59,633 bases of DNA from an uncultured virus (IMG/VR IMGVR_UViG_3300022752_000028) (Duplodnaviria; Heunggongvirae; Uroviricota; Caudoviricetes), in IMG/VR virus record IMGVR_UViG_3300022752_000028; one strand, written 5' to 3'. A program made the position numbers and the translations under genes. Under the pieces are notes generated by a model. The model worked only from the letters and a program-made list of their open reading frames with translations, did not search any database and had not been told where the DNA came from. The stretch's first letter is position 1, and each line of letters opens with the position of its first letter. This document shows, one piece after another, positions 57,867 to 59,633 of the stretch.

Positions 57867-59633
57867 ATGTCAAAGGCATTCTCCCTTAACCACCTCACCG
57901 AGGGCATTAAGGATCGCAATAACAGCCAGGAAGGCGCCCGCCTCGTTGAGAAGTGGAGCCGCACAGGCCTCCTCCGCGGTCTCGACGGCACCAAGCGTGA
58001 CAACATGGCCCGCCTCATGGAGAACCAGGCAGCTCAGGTCCTTCGCGAGGTTAACAGCCTCGGCGCAGGTGGTGGCAGCACCTCTTCATCCGGCGACATC
58101 CGTGGTTTCGCCAACATCGCTTTCCCCATCGTCCGCCGCGTGTTCGGTGGTCTTGTGGCAAACGAGCTCGTCTCCATCCAGCCCATGAGCCTTCCATCCG
58201 GTCTCCTGTTCTACTTGGACTACACCTACGGCACCAACGTCGGCGGTGACACCAACCTCCAAACCGGTGCATCAACCCTCGCTCAGACCTACACCGCTGG
58301 CAAGTCCATCTACAACAACCCCACAGGTAAGGGCATCCGTTCCGGATCGCTCGGCGTCGGCGGTCAGTACGACCTCGTCGGGACCTCCTACTCACAGGTC
58401 CACCAGAAGAATGCTGCAGTCCAGCTCTGGGCATCAGGCGCATTCCACACAGCAGGTGGCGCCAACTCAGCAACAATCGTTGCCGGTCAGGCCGCCTTCG
58501 CAACTGGAACAGACGGCAAGCTCGTTGGCTTCGACCCACAGATCACCAATCTCATTGAGGCCAACAGCGGCGGCCCAGGTGCAACTACAGGCGATGGCGT
58601 CTTCTCATTCGCCGTCCTCAAGACCACAGGCTTTACCAACATCGATCCAACACAGGTGAAGGACGTCTCTCTCTTCTCCTCGACCGCAGCAGCATCACTC
58701 GGTCTCGGTACAGTCGGTGAGACCATCCAGGGCGGGTCAAACCTCCTCAACGTCCGTCGTCTCAACCAGCTCGGCACATTCAGCGGCGGCGTGTTCACTC
58801 CTAACCCACTCGTTGATGTAACATCAGGCACCGCAGCAATCCTCACTGTCGTGTCAGGCGTCATGATCACGAACGTCGGCATTGCAAACCTCACCGCTTC
58901 ATACGTCATCTCCGACGCATTCAGCGCTGACTCTACCGATGCATCGGCTCTTACCGTTCCAGTCTTCGAGTCTGACTTCGGCCTCGGCAACGGCCCACAG
59001 CCAATCATCCCCGAGATCGACATCAAGATCGAGTCCATCGCCGTCACAGCTACCACTCGTAAGCTGCGCGCTCGTTGGTCACCAGAACTCGCCCAGGACC
59101 TCAATGCTTATCACAGCATGGATGCCGAGGTCGAGCTCACTCAGATCCTCTCCGAGCAGATCGCTCTCGAGATCGACCGCGAGATCCTCAACGACCTCCT
59201 CGTCCAGGCTAACGGCGCCAACTACTACTGGTCACGTGCACCAGGACGCTTCGTCAACAAGGTGACAGGCGCCGAGGTTCTCCAGGGCACCAACGCTCCC
59301 GGACCCCAGTTCACTGGTACCGTCCGTGAGTGGTACGAGACCCTCATCGAGACCATCATCGACGTCGCAAACGAGATCCACCGCAAGACCCTCCGTGGTT
59401 CGGCCAACTTCATCGTGGTTTCACCCGATGTCGCCACCGTCCTCGAGGCTTCGGTGCTCTACAAGCCCAGCTACAGCCTCGACGGCCAGGGCCAGGTCGG
59501 CAGCGGCTTCTCGATCGGTGCAACACCCATCGGCAGCCTCAGCAACCGCTTCACCGTCTACAAGGACCCCTACTTCCCCCGTAACAAGATCCTCGTCGGT
59601 TACAAGGGCGGCAGCTACCTCGAGACCGGCTAC
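57867..59633 (+). CDS. Major capsid protein, T4 gp23-like (3' truncated by the window end)
   Basis: Translated by hand from ATG 57867 after an AAGGAG SD: MSKAFSLNHLTE..LVEKW..LMENQ..FPIVRRVF..VSIQPMSLPSGLLFYL..TRKLRARWSPELAQDLNAYH..DAEVEL..EIDREIL..VYKDPY..VGYKG. 589 open codons to the end of the window. Confidence 0.96.
   Translation, partial: MSKAFSLNHLTEGIKDRNNSQEGARLVEKWSRTGLLRGLDGTKRDNMARLMENQAAQVLREVNSLGAGGGSTSSSGDIRGFANIAFPIVRRVFGGLVANELVSIQPMSLPSGLLFYLDYTYGTNVGGDTNLQTGASTLAQTYTAGKSIYNNPTGKGIRSGSLGVGGQYDLVGTSYSQVHQKNAAVQLWASGAFHTAGGANSATIVAGQAAFATGTDGKLVGFDPQITNLIEANSGGPGATTGDGVFSFAVLKTTGFTNIDPTQVKDVSLFSSTAAASLGLGTVGETIQGGSNLLNVRRLNQLGTFSGGVFTPNPLVDVTSGTAAILTVVSGVMITNVGIANLTASYVISDAFSADSTDASALTVPVFESDFGLGNGPQPIIPEIDIKIESIAVTATTRKLRARWSPELAQDLNAYHSMDAEVELTQILSEQIALEIDREILNDLLVQANGANYYWSRAPGRFVNKVTGAEVLQGTNAPGPQFTGTVREWYETLIETIIDVANEIHRKTLRGSANFIVVSPDVATVLEASVLYKPSYSLDGQGQVGSGFSIGATPIGSLSNRFTVYKDPYFPRNKILVGYKGGSYLETGY

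Larger units (their letters stand above)
1..59633 (+). mobile_element. Segment of a large T4-like (myovirus) bacteriophage genome
   Basis: Terminase, gp20-like portal, gp21-like protease, scaffold and gp23-like capsid occur in T4 order, with gp25/gp6 baseplate genes and a gp55-like sigma factor. All genes are on the + strand and tightly packed. No host housekeeping genes or integrase are visible. Confidence 0.95.

Noticed and set aside
57946..59584. Short ORFs listed by the track in the last 1.7 kb
   Set aside because: They are off-frame or antisense shadows of the GC3-rich capsid ORF starting at 57867, which the track omits because it has no stop in the window.
1..59633. Stop-codon reassignment, as in some large phages
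   Set aside because: Genes are full length under code 11, and TAA, TAG and TGA all end genes at tight junctions.
1..59633. tRNA, rRNA or structured ncRNA genes
   Set aside because: Intergenic gaps are about 60 nt or less, and no cloverleaf or T-loop signature was seen by eye. A tRNAscan/Infernal run would be needed to be certain.

Overview
The whole window is a gene-dense, single-strand (+) segment of a large T4-like contractile-tailed phage genome, in the standard genetic code. Layout: (1) 1-17168 is a sugar-modification region with about 8 glycosyltransferase-like genes, 3 methyltransferases, an FdtA-type isomerase, a DegT aminotransferase, neuA/neuB plus a HAD phosphatase, wecB, fcl, gmd and a UDP-sugar dehydrogenase; 1-11047 is markedly AT-rich. 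(2) A gp55-like late sigma factor. (3) An approximately 25 kb baseplate/fibre block (gp5-like spike, gp25, gp6, LamG- and FN3-like proteins). (4) A DNA-metabolism block (RuvC-like resolvase, primase, fused Mre11-Rad50/SbcD-SbcC). (5) The head module (large terminase, portal, prohead protease, scaffold, and a major capsid protein starting at 57867 that runs off the window and is absent from the ORF track). The best candidate for an undescribed system is phage-encoded virion glycosylation: fucose and nonulosonic-acid supply, a GT29 sialyltransferase-like gene, and structural proteins rich in [S/T]-[G/A/S]-S triplets. A recurring ATAnTTA putative late promoter and hairpin-overlapped leaderless starts suggest a distinct regulatory code. 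All family calls come from motif recognition by eye; no database search was run.
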